A DNA stretch of 64,000 nt from the human T2T-CHM13v2.0 reference genome, Homo sapiens. Where the stretch lies: the NCBI RefSeq assembly GCF_009914755.1, contig NC_060929.1. One strand, given 5' to 3'. The notes beneath the pieces are model-generated. The model did not search any database. It was not told the DNA's origin and saw nothing but the letters and a program-made list of their open reading frames with translations. Of this stretch, positions 11,870 to 28,199 are shown in pieces. How positions within the stretch are numbered: the first letter of the stretch is position 1; every line of letters starts with the position of its first letter. Both the position numbers and the translations under genes were made by a program.

Positions 11870-12215
11870 TGTCTTAGTCTGTTTGAGCTGCTATAACAAA
11901 ACACCAGAAACTGGGTAGGTTCTAAATAACAGAAATTTATTCTTCTCAGTTCTGCATGCTGGAAATTGCCAGAGCAAGGTACTGGCAGATTCAATGTTTA
12001 GTGAGGACCCACTTTCTCATAGGTGATGCCTTCTCCTTGTATCCTCATGTGGTAGACAAGAATAAGCTCCCTTGGGCATGTTTTATAAGGGCACTAACCC
12101 TGTTCAGATTTTATGACTTAATCACTGCCACAAAGGTCCCACCTCCTCATACCATCACCTTGGGGGTTAGAATTTCAACATATTTATTTTTGAAACAAAT
12201 ACTCAGACCATAGCA
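11870..12215 (-). mobile_element. MLT1A0-type solo LTR
   Basis: Minus strand starts TGCTATGGTCTGAG...TGTTGAAATTCTAACCCCCAAGGTGATGGTATGAGGAGGTGGG and ends ...GACTAAGACA. Confidence 0.88.
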
Positions 12216-12949
12216 AATAGTCTGCATTATTTGTGTAACTAATGAAGAAGAACTGTGTTTAATTCAGTTGCTTTTTGTGTATGTGTGTGTTTTTTTTTTC
12301 CCTTGATTAATGGAACTTTTGGGTTACATTTAATTCCTATGTACTGGTATCAAACTGCAAAAAATTTACCCAGTTTGAGGATCCTACGATTTTCAATTTA
12401 TCCTATTTTCTATGACATATTAGACTGTGGAATAGCTTAATGGTGTTTCATGTAATTAAGGGCAGAAAAAAATTACAAACTGATTAAATATGATATATGC
12501 TTTGAAAAGAAACCTTAAGTAACTCAGTGATTCCCGAGGTAATAAGTTATGCAAATTTTTTGCTGAGCCATTTGGAACATCCTTGAGGCCACAAATCATT
12601 TTATTTTCCAACAATAAACTATGGATGGGTGTTTCTGCACTGGCCTAAGATACATCTAGTTGGACCACATGTAGGCTATCAGGAGCCATTGTGGAGTTTC
12701 CTTACATTTATCCCACCTATGAGAAAGTTTTCTGGAGGTGTAAGGAGATATCAGAAGAATAATGCTGGGGAGAATAACAGTTGGCACAGGGACTTAGGGA
12801 GAACTTGTAGATCCCCAACATTTAGTGCATTGGTCATGTCCGAAATACAAGTGAGAGTTCCTCAGTTCCATCAGTCCTGGTCCTCCTGACCCCTTTCTTT
12901 TCTTCTTAACTCTCATTTCTCATTCCACTCTAAGTCACAAATACACATA

Positions 12950-13057
12950 CACACAAATACAACATAAATATAAAACACATGTATATATAAAAAAGTGTGT
13001 GTGCACACAAATACAACATAAATATAAAACACATGTATATACAAAAAAATGTGTATG
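12950..13057. repeat. 54 bp tandem duplication (2 copies)
   Basis: CACACAAATACAACATAAATATAAAACACATGTATATA...AAAAA(G/A)TGTGT repeated with period 54. Confidence 0.9.
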
Positions 13058-14141
13058 TGTATTTGTGTGTTTGTGCTCAAGAGAGAGACCCTTTAAACTA
13101 GCCTCTTCCTAAAAGGCCAATCAGATTAAATGGCATTCTTCATTTCCTCTACAAAATGTACTAATTAATTGATGCCTACAACACACTGATGACTGATGGC
13201 TTATAGGCTACTCTCCAGCATAACAAGGCAATTCTATCACAACAGCTGAGTTATTTGCTTACTGAGACTTACTTGTGTTTTTTATCCATTTTTCTCTTGT
13301 GTCTGTAGGACTTGTAATTAAATGAAGCATTTAATTAAATATATAAATCAAGCTATACTGATATATTTACAATACCATCATATTCATCATTACATGTAAT
13401 AGAGTTGTTGATTTCTAGAAAACCATGTGGGATGTCCTGAGGAAAACTTTATAAAAGAAAATTGTTTTAAAATAAATTGCTATTAAATTGGAAAAGCAAT
13501 GAAAAAGTATGGACAACTTGTGGGAAATCTTTGATTGTATTCTTATACTTCTTCATACTTGATTTTAAATGTATGCTTTGCCACAGAGGAATAAAAAAAT
13601 AAAAATTTAGATTACACATTAAGGGTATTTTATGCAAGGAAGATGAGACATGAAATGAGAATGTATTTATTGAAAGGAAAAGCTTTTTTTCGATCTCAAA
13701 TATTTATCAATAACACAAGTATGTTTTGTGAAAATAAAATTAAAAGATAAATTATTTTCATAACTCCTTATTCAATACTCTTATGATTAACTGACCAACC
13801 ATCTGTATCTATTACGTTTTTAAAGTCTTTGCCTATTTCAGAATATTTTTCAGTTATAAAACATAAGTTTCAAAATAATCAAACAGAAAATTTTGAAGTG
13901 GTAATCTTCTCCCATCATTTCAAAAAAGAGAATTTTAAAACAAGTCAGATTTCATCAAGAAACTTTGAAGATTTAAAAATTATATATATTAATAAATTTA
14001 TCTATACTTGTATATCATTGTAATCTGCAAAATACTCTGTTTTCAAACTCCTTACTTTAGTCTATCTGATGCTGCATAATCTGAGTTCTGTTTATCATTC
14101 CAACTTCACTTAGAACCATTCTCTCAGCCTTCTACCTCAAC

Positions 14142-14503
14142 TGCTATCCGCTGAATGTTGGTATCCACCCAAAATTCATGTATTTTAACATAACCCCCAG
14201 TGTGATGGTATTTGAAAGTGGATTCTTTGAGAGGTGATTAGGTCATGTTGGGGGAACCCTCATAAATGGGATCAGTGCCCTTATAAAAAGAAGCCCCAGA
14301 GAGCTACCTTTTCTTTTTCACGTTGGGAGAAATCAGTGATAAGGTAGATATCTATGAAAGAGAAAGTGGGCCCTCATCAGACATTGATTTTTCCAGAGCC
14401 TTGATCTTGGACTTCCCAGCCTCCAGCAATGTGAGAAGAATATTCTGTTGTTTCTAAACCACCTAGTGTATGGTATTTTGTCATAGCCACCCAAAGAAAG
14501 ATA
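14142..14503 (+). mobile_element. MLT1A-type solo LTR
   Basis: TGCTATCCGCTGAATG...CCCCCAGTGTGATGGTATTTG...CTTGATCTTGGACTTCCCAGCCTCCAG...TGGTATTTTGTCATAGC. Confidence 0.85.
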
Positions 14504-16789
14504 CCAACTAATAAATAATTTAAAGTAATAAAAAATTTATTGCTATGGACTTATTACTATGTTTATTAATAATGATTTCTCCTTTCTTATTTAATTATAC
14601 TGATTACTATGGACTTTTTATTACTATGTTTATAAAGAAAGATTAAGGGAAAGAATAGAGAGTAGAAGTACATAATGGTCACATCTGTCACAAAAACCGT
14701 CACTGCAGTAGAAATGGAAAGGTTGGTAGATATGTTTGCTGGCATCCTTCCACGAAGGTGGGATGGCTGCCTTTCATGTTCCAGAAATGCATCAATGAGT
14801 TCATTATCTATCTAGTATTTTCTTAAACCATTACTATCAAGCTCAGAGAAAGTGACCTTCTTTCTAGATTCTGGCAAAAGATCATTTGTTTATATTATCT
14901 TTTGGTATTACTGTTTTTAAGTTCCTAAGTTTAAAACAAATATTTATTCATTTTGAGGGACTTTTCGGTTCAGAATCACAGGTAGTTGGGAGAAGTTGAT
15001 GGTTACAGTCTTTTAGTTGGATGCCCACCTTTCACCAAAAGATCATCAGGTATTTTGGAGTTGTTTTTATTAACCTATGAAATTATATAATATATAACAC
15101 TTGCATTATTTAGTTCTCTTAGCATAGTATAGAGTATATGCCCATTTTTGCAGGCTAAACATTATGTAATTCTCATAAAATCAAAAGTTACTTTCACAAT
15201 TCTGGGAAAATATTCAATATCAACTACATATATTAACAATATTCTGATTTATGCCCTATCTTATATATAAAGGGCAAAAGTGAATTAACCTTTTTGAGAG
15301 TTAAAGATATGTCATCAATATATAAATATGTACTTAAGTTATGAATAAATATGATTATGGCTTAAGACATATTATAGCCTGATATATTTGCTTTGAGGAA
15401 ATAAAAGTTTTTAACTGTCATATTTAGTGAAGGTCGATACTATCAACTTAACATTGTTAACAATTAGCAGTAATTTTAAAATTATATCTTTTCAATTTTC
15501 TGGAAGCTGGTAAATGAACTAGACTGAGTACCAATCTGCCTCAGCAGAGAAAGATCATCACTGGGTCAGCTCTTACATAAGAGAAATTAGTTAGGTTATC
15601 TTTCTCTGAGTTATAAGTTGCTCCATGATTTTGAGGAAAACTCAGAGCTGTCTAAGCCAAAGTAAAATAATTGCAGTGATTTTTATGGCAATCTTGAGAT
15701 TAATTATTGAAGTTCCTTAAAAGATGATATGCTTTTGCCAATTATTTTGAGTGCACTGAAAAATAAATGCATAATTATAGAAAACTGCTACATTCCTACT
15801 TAAGAACGTTAAAGGAAAATCAATACCTAAGACCCAGAATGTTATTCTCACTTTGCTATGTACAGATTTTCTGTGTGCACTATTTTATATCAGATTCTAT
15901 TTTTCACTCTCACTGGTAGGAATACTCTTCAAGGTATTAGGAATGGTGTGGCATTGGTTGCATAGTTTTTCACTTCAGCAAGAGAAAGTAAAGATAGGCC
16001 TTGTAGCACAAAATATGTAGCCCTCTGAAAAACATTTGTATTTGGTAAGCATCTTCCATATATAATGGTGATTTCATGTAAAAATAATATGTACTTTGCA
16101 TTTTCAGAACAGAAAAGTTACACATTATCAAAAACAACTGATCTACTTTATATTATTCTCTAGAATGGTATTCTATAAACTTTGTTGGTAAACACTGGAA
16201 GTGTTAGTTAGAAAATAACTTATTGATTCTAAAAATTGTGATCTAATGAGGCTTCAAGCTAAAGTTCAAGCTATCTTACCTTCATGATCTCAGTAGTCTT
16301 GAAAAACAACCATATGGCATTAGCCAAAGGAAAAAATAAGAGGAGAGAAACAATCACTTTGAGATACAATTAACGTTCTGTTCCTTTCAAGCTCTTGATA
16401 GAAATGCCTGGGGGAAGGGGAAAGGAGTGAGAAAACGTGCCAGAGGTTTTTCCTAGCCATGTATTCTATTACTTGTGTCCAAAAAAGGAGGTTCCTCTTC
16501 TGAAATTCATTGAAGGCGATATGTTACTGTGATAATGTGTTTCAAGGTGTTCCTATGCTCCTTTGTACCTTCTCATAGAAAGAATAATTTAAATGATTTA
16601 ATATTTTCAAAATGATAAATATTCCAAAATGTATCAGTATGACATGAGTCCTTTCAGGAACCAAGATATTAAAAAAAATACTTTATTTTGCTAGCTAACT
16701 TGAGAATACTTCACAATCAACAATTGTTTAAGAATATCTTAAAGAGAAGAATTTAAAACATCTGGTTAGAAGACAAAGACCTAAAACGT

Positions 16790-18260
16790 CTTTAAATGTT
16801 CCATGAGCACTTGAAAAGTATGTATATTCTGATGCTGGGTCCAGAATTCTATAAATGTCAAAGAGGTCAAATTGGTTGATATTGGTTCTTAAGTTATTAC
16901 CCTCCCACCCTTTGTGCTATTGCTTCACACAATTCATTTCTACATTCACTATAAACCCACTACTGCATTGTCATTATGTTTATTTTTTTAATCAGTAATG
17001 TTGTAAGAGTTTTTTTATAAGTCCTTTGTATCAGTCAGCATATTTATTCATTATTGCATTCTTCATTTCTTCCCATAGAAATTGATTTCCAACTAGTATT
17101 ATCCTTCTTCAAAATAATAAGAAATCTTGTAGCATTTCTTGTAGTGGAACTATTTTAGTTTCAAATGATTTATTTAATGTGCTTATTTGAAATGTCTTCA
17201 TTTTTTAGAACAATTGATGCTAGTATAGAATTCTTCACTAACATATGTTTAAAATTTTTTTTCAGTACTTTAAAGGTTTGATTCTATCATTTTCTTGCCT
17301 TAGCTATAATTTTTAAAGCTTGTTTCACTGAATCTGATGTACTTTTAAAAAACTGAATCTAATATTTTTTCCTTTTCTCACTGCTCTCAAGGTTTTTACT
17401 TTATTTCTAAGCAATTTTATTATACTGCATTTGGTATGCTTTTCTTTGAATTATTGTGCTTCAAGATCTGTGAGCTGCATGTATATATGGGTTGATACCA
17501 TTCATTAATTTATTATCTCTTCAAGTATTTATTCTGTCTCACTGTTTGGTACTTCACTAACCCATGTTAGACTGTTTGGTATTATCTTGAAGATCTTGGA
17601 CACTTTTTTTTCAGTACTGTTTTCATTATATTTCAGTTTGAATTATTTCTATTGACATGTCCTAAAGTTTACTTATTGTCTCTTCCATGTCTAATGTATT
17701 TATATGTGCACAGGAAAAAAATTATTAGTGATAATCATAATTTCACACATACAGCATTTCCTTTTGATTTTTAAAAATTATTTGTCTCTCTGCCTAAATC
17801 TCCCGTTCATTCTCATGTGTTGTCCAACCTTTCCACCAGCTAATTTAATGATCTGATCTATTAGTTCTAAATATAGGCCATCTCTGAATCTGGTTGTGTT
17901 GACTATTTACTTTTTGATAGTGGATCACATTTTCTTGCTTTTTCAAATGTTTTGTACTTTTTTATTGCATATTAAGTATTGTGTGTGGAAGAAAGTACGG
18001 ATGAGGTAAATAATACCTATGTACCCCAAACAGCATAACTATTTCTCTTTTAGTCTGTTAAGAGTTTGTATTTGAGTCAATCTATTCAATAATTTAGCTA
18101 GGTATTGGTTTTGTTGTTCCTTTAGTTTCATTCAGTTTACACACAATCCAAATTTTATTTTGCGGGGAGAAATACAATCTTCGTTTTATCAAGGTTTGAG
18201 CTCTGAAGCTGAAAGGTTTGTCTCAGGTCCTCCGCCCTAGCTTCATACTTTAACATGCCC
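16790..18260 (-). mobile_element. Old L1M (L1MC/ME) ORF1 and ORF2-start remnant
   Basis: T-rich antisense L1 motifs (AATGTTCCATGAGCACTTGAAAAG, GGTCAAATTGGTTGAT, GCATTTCTTGTAG). Confidence 0.55.
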
Positions 18261-19652
18261 ACAGCTACCTGCACCTGAAAAGTGTCACTTCCAGTTTCCC
18301 TTCCCCTTCTCCAGTGGTAGATGATGTTCTGATCCACCCTAAAGTAACATCCCAATGCCCCCACCATTGAGAATCTGGAAATTTACCAGATAGCTGCAGT
18401 TAATGACACAAGAGACTCCAATTGTAAAAAATAAAAATTCATTAGTATTCATACCAACAGGGACTACCAGAGGAGAAGGGGCTTCACCTGCCAGAGGTTG
18501 ATGGTGACAAGATAATCAGGGAAAAGGCAGGATTACATAAGTAAAAATATTTATATATTAAGTAGGAAGGGATTACATTTCATACAAGTTGAAAATAAAT
18601 TGGTTGGATTTGAACCCTAACTGTTCTTGCAGGTGCTGTGAAAAAGAAACCTTCTTTTTTTAAATTGATCACAACATGCCATGAGGGCTGCTATTGACAT
18701 AACATGCATTGGGTTATTAAGTTAAAGATAGGGGAAATTGGGAAGAGGCAAGTGAAATACCTTGGTGGAACATTTCTGGCTCATGAGGGTCTTGGGTCAA
18801 ACAGCTTCACCTAAACATAAAAAACTGGTAGACTATTCTCATTGTAGATGGCCGATGCCTTATATTTATTGTAAGACATAGAGTGTGGAGTACTTCAGTG
18901 TTCTTGCTCTGCCCTCTAATGACACAGAAGATGCTGCTTGCCTGTATCACAGAGGAGCTTTCTTTCAATTGTCCTTCCATACCCCAAATCTGTAAAAATT
19001 CACTTGTTTTTCTTATTCCACCTTCAGACTATATAATGCCTGCTACCCCTGACCACAGAGGACATCTCAGTTCTCTTCCCCCTCCTGCAATTTTTGAGCT
19101 TCAGTAAAGACATGAAAAAGAGTTGGAAAGTGAATGCAAATTCTCCTTTTATTTGGGATCCCAGAGATTTTAAACTATCAAGGGAGCTAATATTAAATAT
19201 TTCCAAATTCACTGGAACCTCGCCTCTTGTCATATTTTCTGTATCTATGGTGGTTCTCTACTTCTTTCCCTCCTCGGCCAAAGAAGAAAGCAACTGTGTG
19301 TTCACCACAGCTGTGCAGATATTACCTACTGGATTTTAGTTTATTAGGTTACTTTGCAACCCAGTTTCCTGATGGGCTTAAAGTAAGCATAATACTGAGA
19401 TAATTCAGCTTGTTCTCAGTGCTATGGAAGGAGGTTTTTTAAATTTCTCTATTGAGACTTTTTGATTATAGGTATCACTTTTTTTCTCTGTAAGCCATTT
19501 AATTTGGTTAAAAACTACACATTTTTAATAATTCATTGGAACAATATTGTATTTTTTTTTTGTTCCTGAGTCTCCTTTAGCACATTTCCTGAACTTTTTG
19601 CAATCTGTCTCCTCCCTACTGTATTGCTGTTGATGTCTATGCTTAATTTCTT

Positions 19653-20221
19653 TTTCTTTTTTTATTATACTTTAAGTTTTAGGGTACATGTGCACAATGT
19701 GCAGGTTTGTTACATATGTATACATGTGCCATGTTGGTGTGCTGCACCCATTAACTCTTCATTTAACATTAGGTATATCTCCTAATGCTATCCCTCCCCC
19801 CTCCCCCCCACCCGACAGCAGGCCCCAGTGTGTGATGTTCCCCTTCTTGTGTCCATGTGTTTTCATTGTTCAATTCAATGAGATACCATCTCACACTAGT
19901 TAGAATGGCGATCATTAAAAAGTCAGGAAACAACAGGTGCTGGAGAGGATGTGGAGAAATAGGAACACTTTTACACTGTTGGTGGGACTGTAAACTAGTT
20001 CAACCATTGTGGAAGTCAGTGTGGCGATTCCTCAGGGATCTAGAACTAGAAATACCATTTGACCCAGCCATCCCATTACTGGGTATATACCCAAAGGATT
20101 ATAAAACATGCTGCTATAAAGACACATGCACATGTGTGTTTATTGTAGCACTATTCACAACAGCAAAGACTTGGAACCAACCCAAATGTCCAACAATGAT
20201 AGACTGGATTAAGAAAATGTG
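19653..20221. mobile_element. L1PA4-like, 5'-truncated with 5' inversion
   Basis: Antisense L1 3' end at 19653-19876 is joined to a sense ORF2 C-terminal piece at 19877-20223. TSD GCTTAATTTCTT (19641-19652) / GCTGAATTTCTT (20222-20233). Confidence 0.93.
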
Positions 20222-21356
20222 GCTGAATTTCTTAAATGCTTAGTTTTACTGTTTGCTTGGCTTCTCAGAAGTTGCTCCTGTGTCTGCAAATCACAGGGTC
20301 AAGCCAATCATTTGGCTGTAGGTTGTGTTTAAACTCCTTAAGCCCAAAAGAATTCAACCTTCTGTTCCATTTTTGAGTGGTTTGAACTCAGCATTTAGCT
20401 TGTATTTCAATCCTTTTTGGCTTTTACTTTCTGCTGGGTCTTGTCAGATCTTCCTTGTACACAGGTATAGCTTCCCAGCAAGGCTTCAGAGAAGAGTTAT
20501 TTAGCCCTTCATAGGCTCTCTCTTTACCTGGAAACCCCATTACATTTCTGAATGGTGTGTCAGTTGCCCTAATTGGGATGGTGACCTCATGGCAGAGCAG
20601 CATGATTTTACCATTCTTTTCCTAATGAGTTTGCTCTTTCTTTATGCTGGCCATGCTGTTTTGTGCTTTGCCCTCCCTTCCATATTAATTCTACCTCCTT
20701 TGGCCGTAAGGTTGCTGTTTATCCTCTTAGGATATGTGGTTGGTGGAAGCATATCCAACAGAAAAAATTTTGCCTATTGGCTTCTAATACTGTAGACTAA
20801 TTCAGCTTGTTTTTAATCTTTATATAATTAGAAATGCACATAATTTATAATTTTGTGTCTGAATTCATTTATATTATTGCATGTTATTTCTTTTTGCTGT
20901 ATAATAATCCACTACATGAAAATAACTCTATTATTTATCCATTCTTCTCTTGATATGTATTACTGAGATTGCTATTGTATATAAGGTTGGGCGAGATTTC
21001 ATTGAACATTCCTTTCAGTGCATGTAGTTCTCTTGAGTTTATTTGAAAAAAGAATTGCTAGGTTATAGCTTTAGTAGATGCTACCAAACAGTTTTCTACA
21101 ATAGTTGCAACACTGTGCCCTCTCTCCAGCAATGTATGAGAGGTTTACTTGTTCCACATACTCTCCAACATTCTATTGCCTACCTTTTTCATATAGCCAT
21201 GTTGGTATGTTTGTAGAGATATCTTATTGTGGTTTAATTTACATGTTTCTGATGATAAAAAAGCCTGGGCATTTTCTTTAGCCATTTGGATTTCTCTTTT
21301 TGAAGTGCCTTTACAAGTCTATTGCCCATTTTTCTACCTGAGTGTGGTGTGTCTTT

Positions 21357-21389
21357 GTGTGTGTGTGTGTGTGTGTGTCTGTGTGTGTG
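21357..21389. repeat. (TG)n microsatellite
   Basis: Direct observation. Confidence 0.95.
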
Positions 21390-21432
21390 ATCGACTTGAA
21401 AGTCTTTACAAATTGTGTGAGTTCCTTGTGAT

Positions 21433-21852
21433 TGTCATAGGTCTGATTTCTTATAAACCAGACTCTGGGGTAAAAATATGCTGGCAGGAAGTTTATGGTG
21501 GAGTGATCTCAGGACTACAACCCTTGGAGGAATAAAGGAAGCAAGACTGAGAAAAGGCAGAGGGTGTGTTATAATAAAGTCACAGCAAAGGCCTCAACTA
21601 ATTTCTCAGGCTCTCTGGAGCTTGAATGGGTCTACAGAATATTGCCAAATTTGGACATGAGATTCAAGACTTTATGCCACTGTACCAAGTCATTAGATGC
21701 ATGGTATTCATGGGAGAGGCTGGACCTGAAACAAGATGGCTATCTAGCTGAGAACAATTTCTGTTATAGAAGAACCTAAGCTAGTCTCAACTATTACTTC
21801 CAGTAACCAGTGAAGTGAATACTGGTGGCTAGCACACTACAGAAACCACTAC
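21433..21852 (-). mobile_element. LTR16A-like ERVL solo LTR
   Basis: TGTCATAGGTC...CAGACTCTG...GCAGGAAGTTTAT...GGAAGCAAGACTG...CCACTACA matches the reverse complement of the recalled LTR16A. Confidence 0.7.
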
Positions 21853-23409
21853 ATACATACATACATATATATATGCATTGCAAATATTTACTGTCATTTT
21901 ATGGCTTACTTTACCATCTCTTCTTGGTGTCTTTTGATAAATAAAGTCCTTAATTTTAATGCAGTAGATGTTATCAATTTTTCATTTATGGTAATATTAT
22001 TGTTTTAGGGGTTGTGCTGTAAAACCTTAGATAGTATAACACTGAAAGAATTTTTTGTTTTATTTCAGAAGGTTTACCTTTCACCATTCTATTTATATCT
22101 ACAATCCATCTTGAATTGGTGTATATGGTGTGAGCTACAGGTCAAGATTTATTTTTGCCTATAACTCTCCAATTGACCCAGAATGACTTATTAAAAAAAT
22201 ACATTATTTTACACTGTTTTACTTAGGTCATAAATAAAATATTTGTAGGCATTTTTTAAACTTTCTATTTTTGGTCTATTGGCCTATTTGTCTATTCTCT
22301 TACCTATACCATAGTAATAAAAAATGTATATAGCATTATAAAATATATGGATATCTGGAGGTTCTAAAAGCACATGATGATCTAATTTAATATGTAAATT
22401 TTGTTTAGATTCTGCTTCCAAATAATGAAACCATAAGAGGTTGGGAACAATTGTGGAGATTTGAATATGGGCAATGCATGAGACGACTTTAGAAAAATAG
22501 GGTTACTACATGTGACAAATAAATGTTATGGAATATACTGCTCTTATTTTTACTATATAAATGCTGAAATGCTTAGGGGTAAAGTGTCACAAGATCTAAA
22601 ACTTATTTTCAAAATTTTTAGCAAAAAGAAAATATATCCAGATGAATAGATAAAGACTAAACAGAGCACAATGCTACCAATAACCAAATTAAGATAGTAG
22701 ACATATGTGTTCATTTTTAAATTTACAGTATTTTTGTTTCCAAAATTTTCTAATAACTTGAAAAATTCAGCTGAAAAAAATTCAGGGATTTTCTAGAAAT
22801 TATAGATGACATTAATAATGTTATAAATACTAATAATGAAATGAAAGATATCCTCTTGATAATATTTACTTTTAAATTGACAAACTTTATATACTAATTG
22901 GGCATAATGTTTAAAGAAAAATAATATTATAAGCAAAATGATTCAGAATTAAATTCAATGTACATAATATTCTTGCCAAATCAGAGGGACTAAAAATTAT
23001 TTGGAAAAAAACAAATTCTGGTGACTATGAAAACTATATCATTGATACAAAAGAAATTGCAGTATCTCCAGGCAATTATTGCCAAATTCTTCACAGTAGA
23101 ATATTAGAATGACTCAAGCGGACTAAAAAATTTTACTGTACATACTCTATTTAGCTTATCTATCATTCAAATCCTAATTTAACAGTCATTTATAATTGTT
23201 ATCTATCAAATATAAGAAAGTCATATTTAAGATGAAATTTATATACCAAAAGTTTATTGTAAGGCATAATGTGTTAAGGACAACATATTTAATTTAATAA
23301 ATTGCAAAGCGCCACGAACTACTGCAACTCTTTAAAAAACTAAAATTGATATTAAAGAATATTGCAATGAATATTGTATTAAGACATTAACATTTTTAAA
23401 AATATAGTT

Positions 23410-24082
23410 TAATTTTAATTTTTATTTTTTGTGGCTGCATAGTAGATTCATGTATTTATGAAGGACATGATATATTTTGATACAGGGATGTAATGTGTAA
23501 TAATCACATCATGGAGGATGGGGTATCAAGCTCCTCAATCATTTATCCTTTGTGTTACAAAAAGTCCAATTATACTCTTTTAGTTATTTTAAAATGTACA
23601 ATTAAATTATTCTGACCAGAATCATCCTGTTGTGCTATCAAATAGTAGATCTTATTCATTCTTTAACTATTTTTGTCTCCATTAACCATCCCTAAATCTC
23701 CCACACCCATTACTACCCTTCCCAGAATCTGGTAACCATCCTTCACCTCTCTATCTCTGTGTTTTCAATTGTTTTGATTTTTAGATCCTACAAACAAGTG
23801 AGAACATGATATTTGTCTTTCTGTCCCTGGCCTATTCCACTTAACATAATGACCTCCAGTTTCATCCATGTTGTTGCAAATGACAAGATCTCATTTTTTT
23901 ATGGCTAATACTTCACTGTATATAAATACCAAATTTTCCTTATACATTCATCTGTTGATGGACTCTTAAGTTGTTTCCAACTCGTGGCTATTATGAACAG
24001 TGGTACAACAAACATGGGAGTGAAGATATCTCTTCAATATACTGATTTCCTTTATTTTGAATATGATATAATTCCCAGTGAA
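23410..24082 (-). mobile_element. L1MA2/3-like 3' end
   Basis: TAATAATCACATCATGGAG...CATTTATCCTTTGTGTTACAA...AAAATGTACAATTAAATT...TATACTGATTTCCTT. Confidence 0.85.
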
Positions 24083-25182
24083 GTACTATAATATACTTAC
24101 AGCATGCACAGATGGATATATTTGGAAGTGCTTTTTTTGGCATATGAGATGCATTTAATTTTCCAAAATTGATTACAACTAGAAAATACAGCTCCTCAAA
24201 ACCAAAGGTTAATAATAGCCATTTGAAGAACATGATGTTATAATAAATACTGCCCAACATGATTACAATTTCCATAGAAAATAAGATATCATAAAATGTA
24301 AGCACCAAAATATCATGAAGAACTTAATTTCTGGAAAAGTGAGTTGTAATTATTTTCATTTTATTATATAGGAGTAACTATGAGTTTCTAATTATTATGA
24401 TTAAATTTTGAATTTTACATAATTTTATGTTTAATTTTATCAAGCATAATTATGCTCAACTTGAACATATTTGAAAACAATTATGTTAAATTTGACTTTG
24501 TATAAATTTACAGAATTATTTTGCTTGATTAACTGTTATTTCTGAAAAATAAATTCTATATCATCTTTAACATATTAACTCAGGAAAAGTAGACTTTCTT
24601 TCAACTCATAATAAAGCTGGGAGCTGGTGCTCGTAGTGGCCCCAGTGACACTGTGGATGGGGCTCCACTGCTTGGGCGCTGAGTGGTAAATGGAATTCTG
24701 TGACACATGACTTCATCATAATCCTGTGCAACAGTTCAACAATGTCAGCTAGCACATAGATGCTCTCCATTGGACCACTAAGGAATAAACAGAAGCCCTT
24801 TTAGTATTGGTAAAATAAACAGAAATCTTAAAATATCTATTAATATTTTGTGAGGGACGAGTAACCGCCTGCTTTTGTATGTTTTAGGTCAAGTCCATAC
24901 AAGCTAGGACAGTTTATGTGGCCCTCCAATTTCCAATGATGTGGTCAAGGAAGGTACACCTATGTTACTAAAGCTTTACAAACTGATTTTGCAACATCTC
25001 TAGAAAGGGTGTGTCTCTCTTACAGTCAGTAAGGATATATCAAACAAGTATAGTATTTTGGGTTTTTTTTCTGATAGTCATTGTGTCATAGAATCAAGTA
25101 AGCTTTTATACAACTTGAGATACAAATGCTCTCTGCTCATATCCTTGCTTGGCCAATTTTCTTTTTTTTGTTATATTTAAGT

Positions 25183-26801
<1,619 letters not shown>

Positions 26802-27260
26802 CTAACTCTGCTTACCCTTCCTTATAACAGAAAATATTTTTGTTTGATTTTTATGTGCTACAGATCTTGAGATTAAATTAGAATATCTTCAATTGAATAA
26901 AATGAATGCAACTTTAACAAATAAGTCTCAAAATAAAAAAAAGAATGACTCCCCACCTCAACTATGAAACAGGAAAACTCTGGTAGCTTTCATTATAACA
27001 CTGGAAAAATTAGTAGTAAAACAATCATGCAGAAACTTCCTCAAGGTTACCTTGTTGTGCTTGTGTATCCTATCCTGGATTATAGGAACATGCTCCCTGA
27101 GTAAGAACATTTCTGCTACCAAGCAGCCTTTTTTGGTAGGTGACAAAAGTGTTCTGGGTGTCTTAGATATCCTGCCAATTTTAAAGGTTTTTCTGTAACT
27201 TTGAGGGCTAACCGCCAACATGGTAATATTAAACATTGACTGATTACGTGATTTTACTAT

Positions 27261-27997
27261 TGATACACACAGGAGGCAGGTAAATACTGGGTAGAAGAGG
27301 GCAGGGTCATGGCGACGGCTCCACCCTCAAGCCTGGACCCACAGCCCTACATGAGAACTTTACATCTCTGTTATCCTGCCTGAATGTTGCCTTTTGGCCC
27401 ACCATGCCCCCTATCCTGTGCCCATAAGAACCCCAGACCAGACTCAAAACACACACAGAGAAGAGAGAATTGTCTGAATGTCGAGAGGAGAAGAAGCAGC
27501 TGGACATCATAGACTACAGTTGGAGAGGAGTTTGGCCTGGGACAGTAGAAGAGGAGATTGGCCGGGCTGGCCTAACTCCAGGGGAAGACCCATTTCCCAC
27601 TCCATTCTCTTCCCAGCTCCCCATCCTGCTAAGAGCCACTTCTACCACTCAAAATCTCTCCCAGTCTACGTGACTTCATTTCTCTTAAGCACTGGACAAC
27701 GACCTGGGTGCGGGTCCAACAGGCCGTCACACTAACTCTCCACTGAGCTGTTTGACATTTAAGCCATCCATGGATGGCAAGGCTAAAACATATGCCCTCT
27801 GGGGCTCCAGAGGTTGCAGACAACCCCTAGATGCTGCCACGTGCCTGTTCCAGTACATTCCTGCCAGCGCCCACAGGCACTCACCCTGGCTCCTGCATGC
27901 TCCCCCTCCCGCAAGGAGTTTGAGCACTGTGGGCTGAGTAAGCAAGGCACCCATTCATGATTCCTGCAAAAGGGGTCAAGGGAACTATCCTGTCTCA
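27261..27997 (+). mobile_element. MER50-family ERV1 solo LTR
   Basis: TGATACACACAGGAGGCAGGTAAATACTGGGTAGAAGAGGGC...GGGAACTATCCTGTCTCA with TG...CA ends and 4 bp TSD CTAT/CTGT. Confidence 0.88.
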
Positions 27998-28199
27998 CTG
28001 TGAGAAAAAAAAAATGAGTGAGAATGAGATATGGCTGTAGTCTTTACTGGATTTTGGTCACATAAACCACAATTTAAAAATTCATAGCATATAGTGACAT
28101 AAGGACAATGTTTATAATTACTTAGTCATTAATTATCTAAAGTCATAATGAAAACTAGAACATGAACAGATATTGAAAAGTAAGAGTACATGCTTTTGA

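Larger units (their letters stand above)
20850..22350 (-). mobile_element. Old L1ME antisense remnant, interrupted by LTR16A and (TG)n
   Basis: CAGCAATGTATGAGAG, TTGTGGTTTAATTTACATGTTTCTGATGAT, CCATCTTGAATT motifs. Confidence 0.7.

Noticed and set aside
23991-24308. 105 aa hydrophobic minus-strand ORF
   Set aside because: Non-ATG start, AT-rich codon bias, partly overlapping L1MA, and no recognisable domain.
27307-27998. Multiple overlapping ORFs
   Set aside because: All lie within the MER50 LTR and show no protein-like features.
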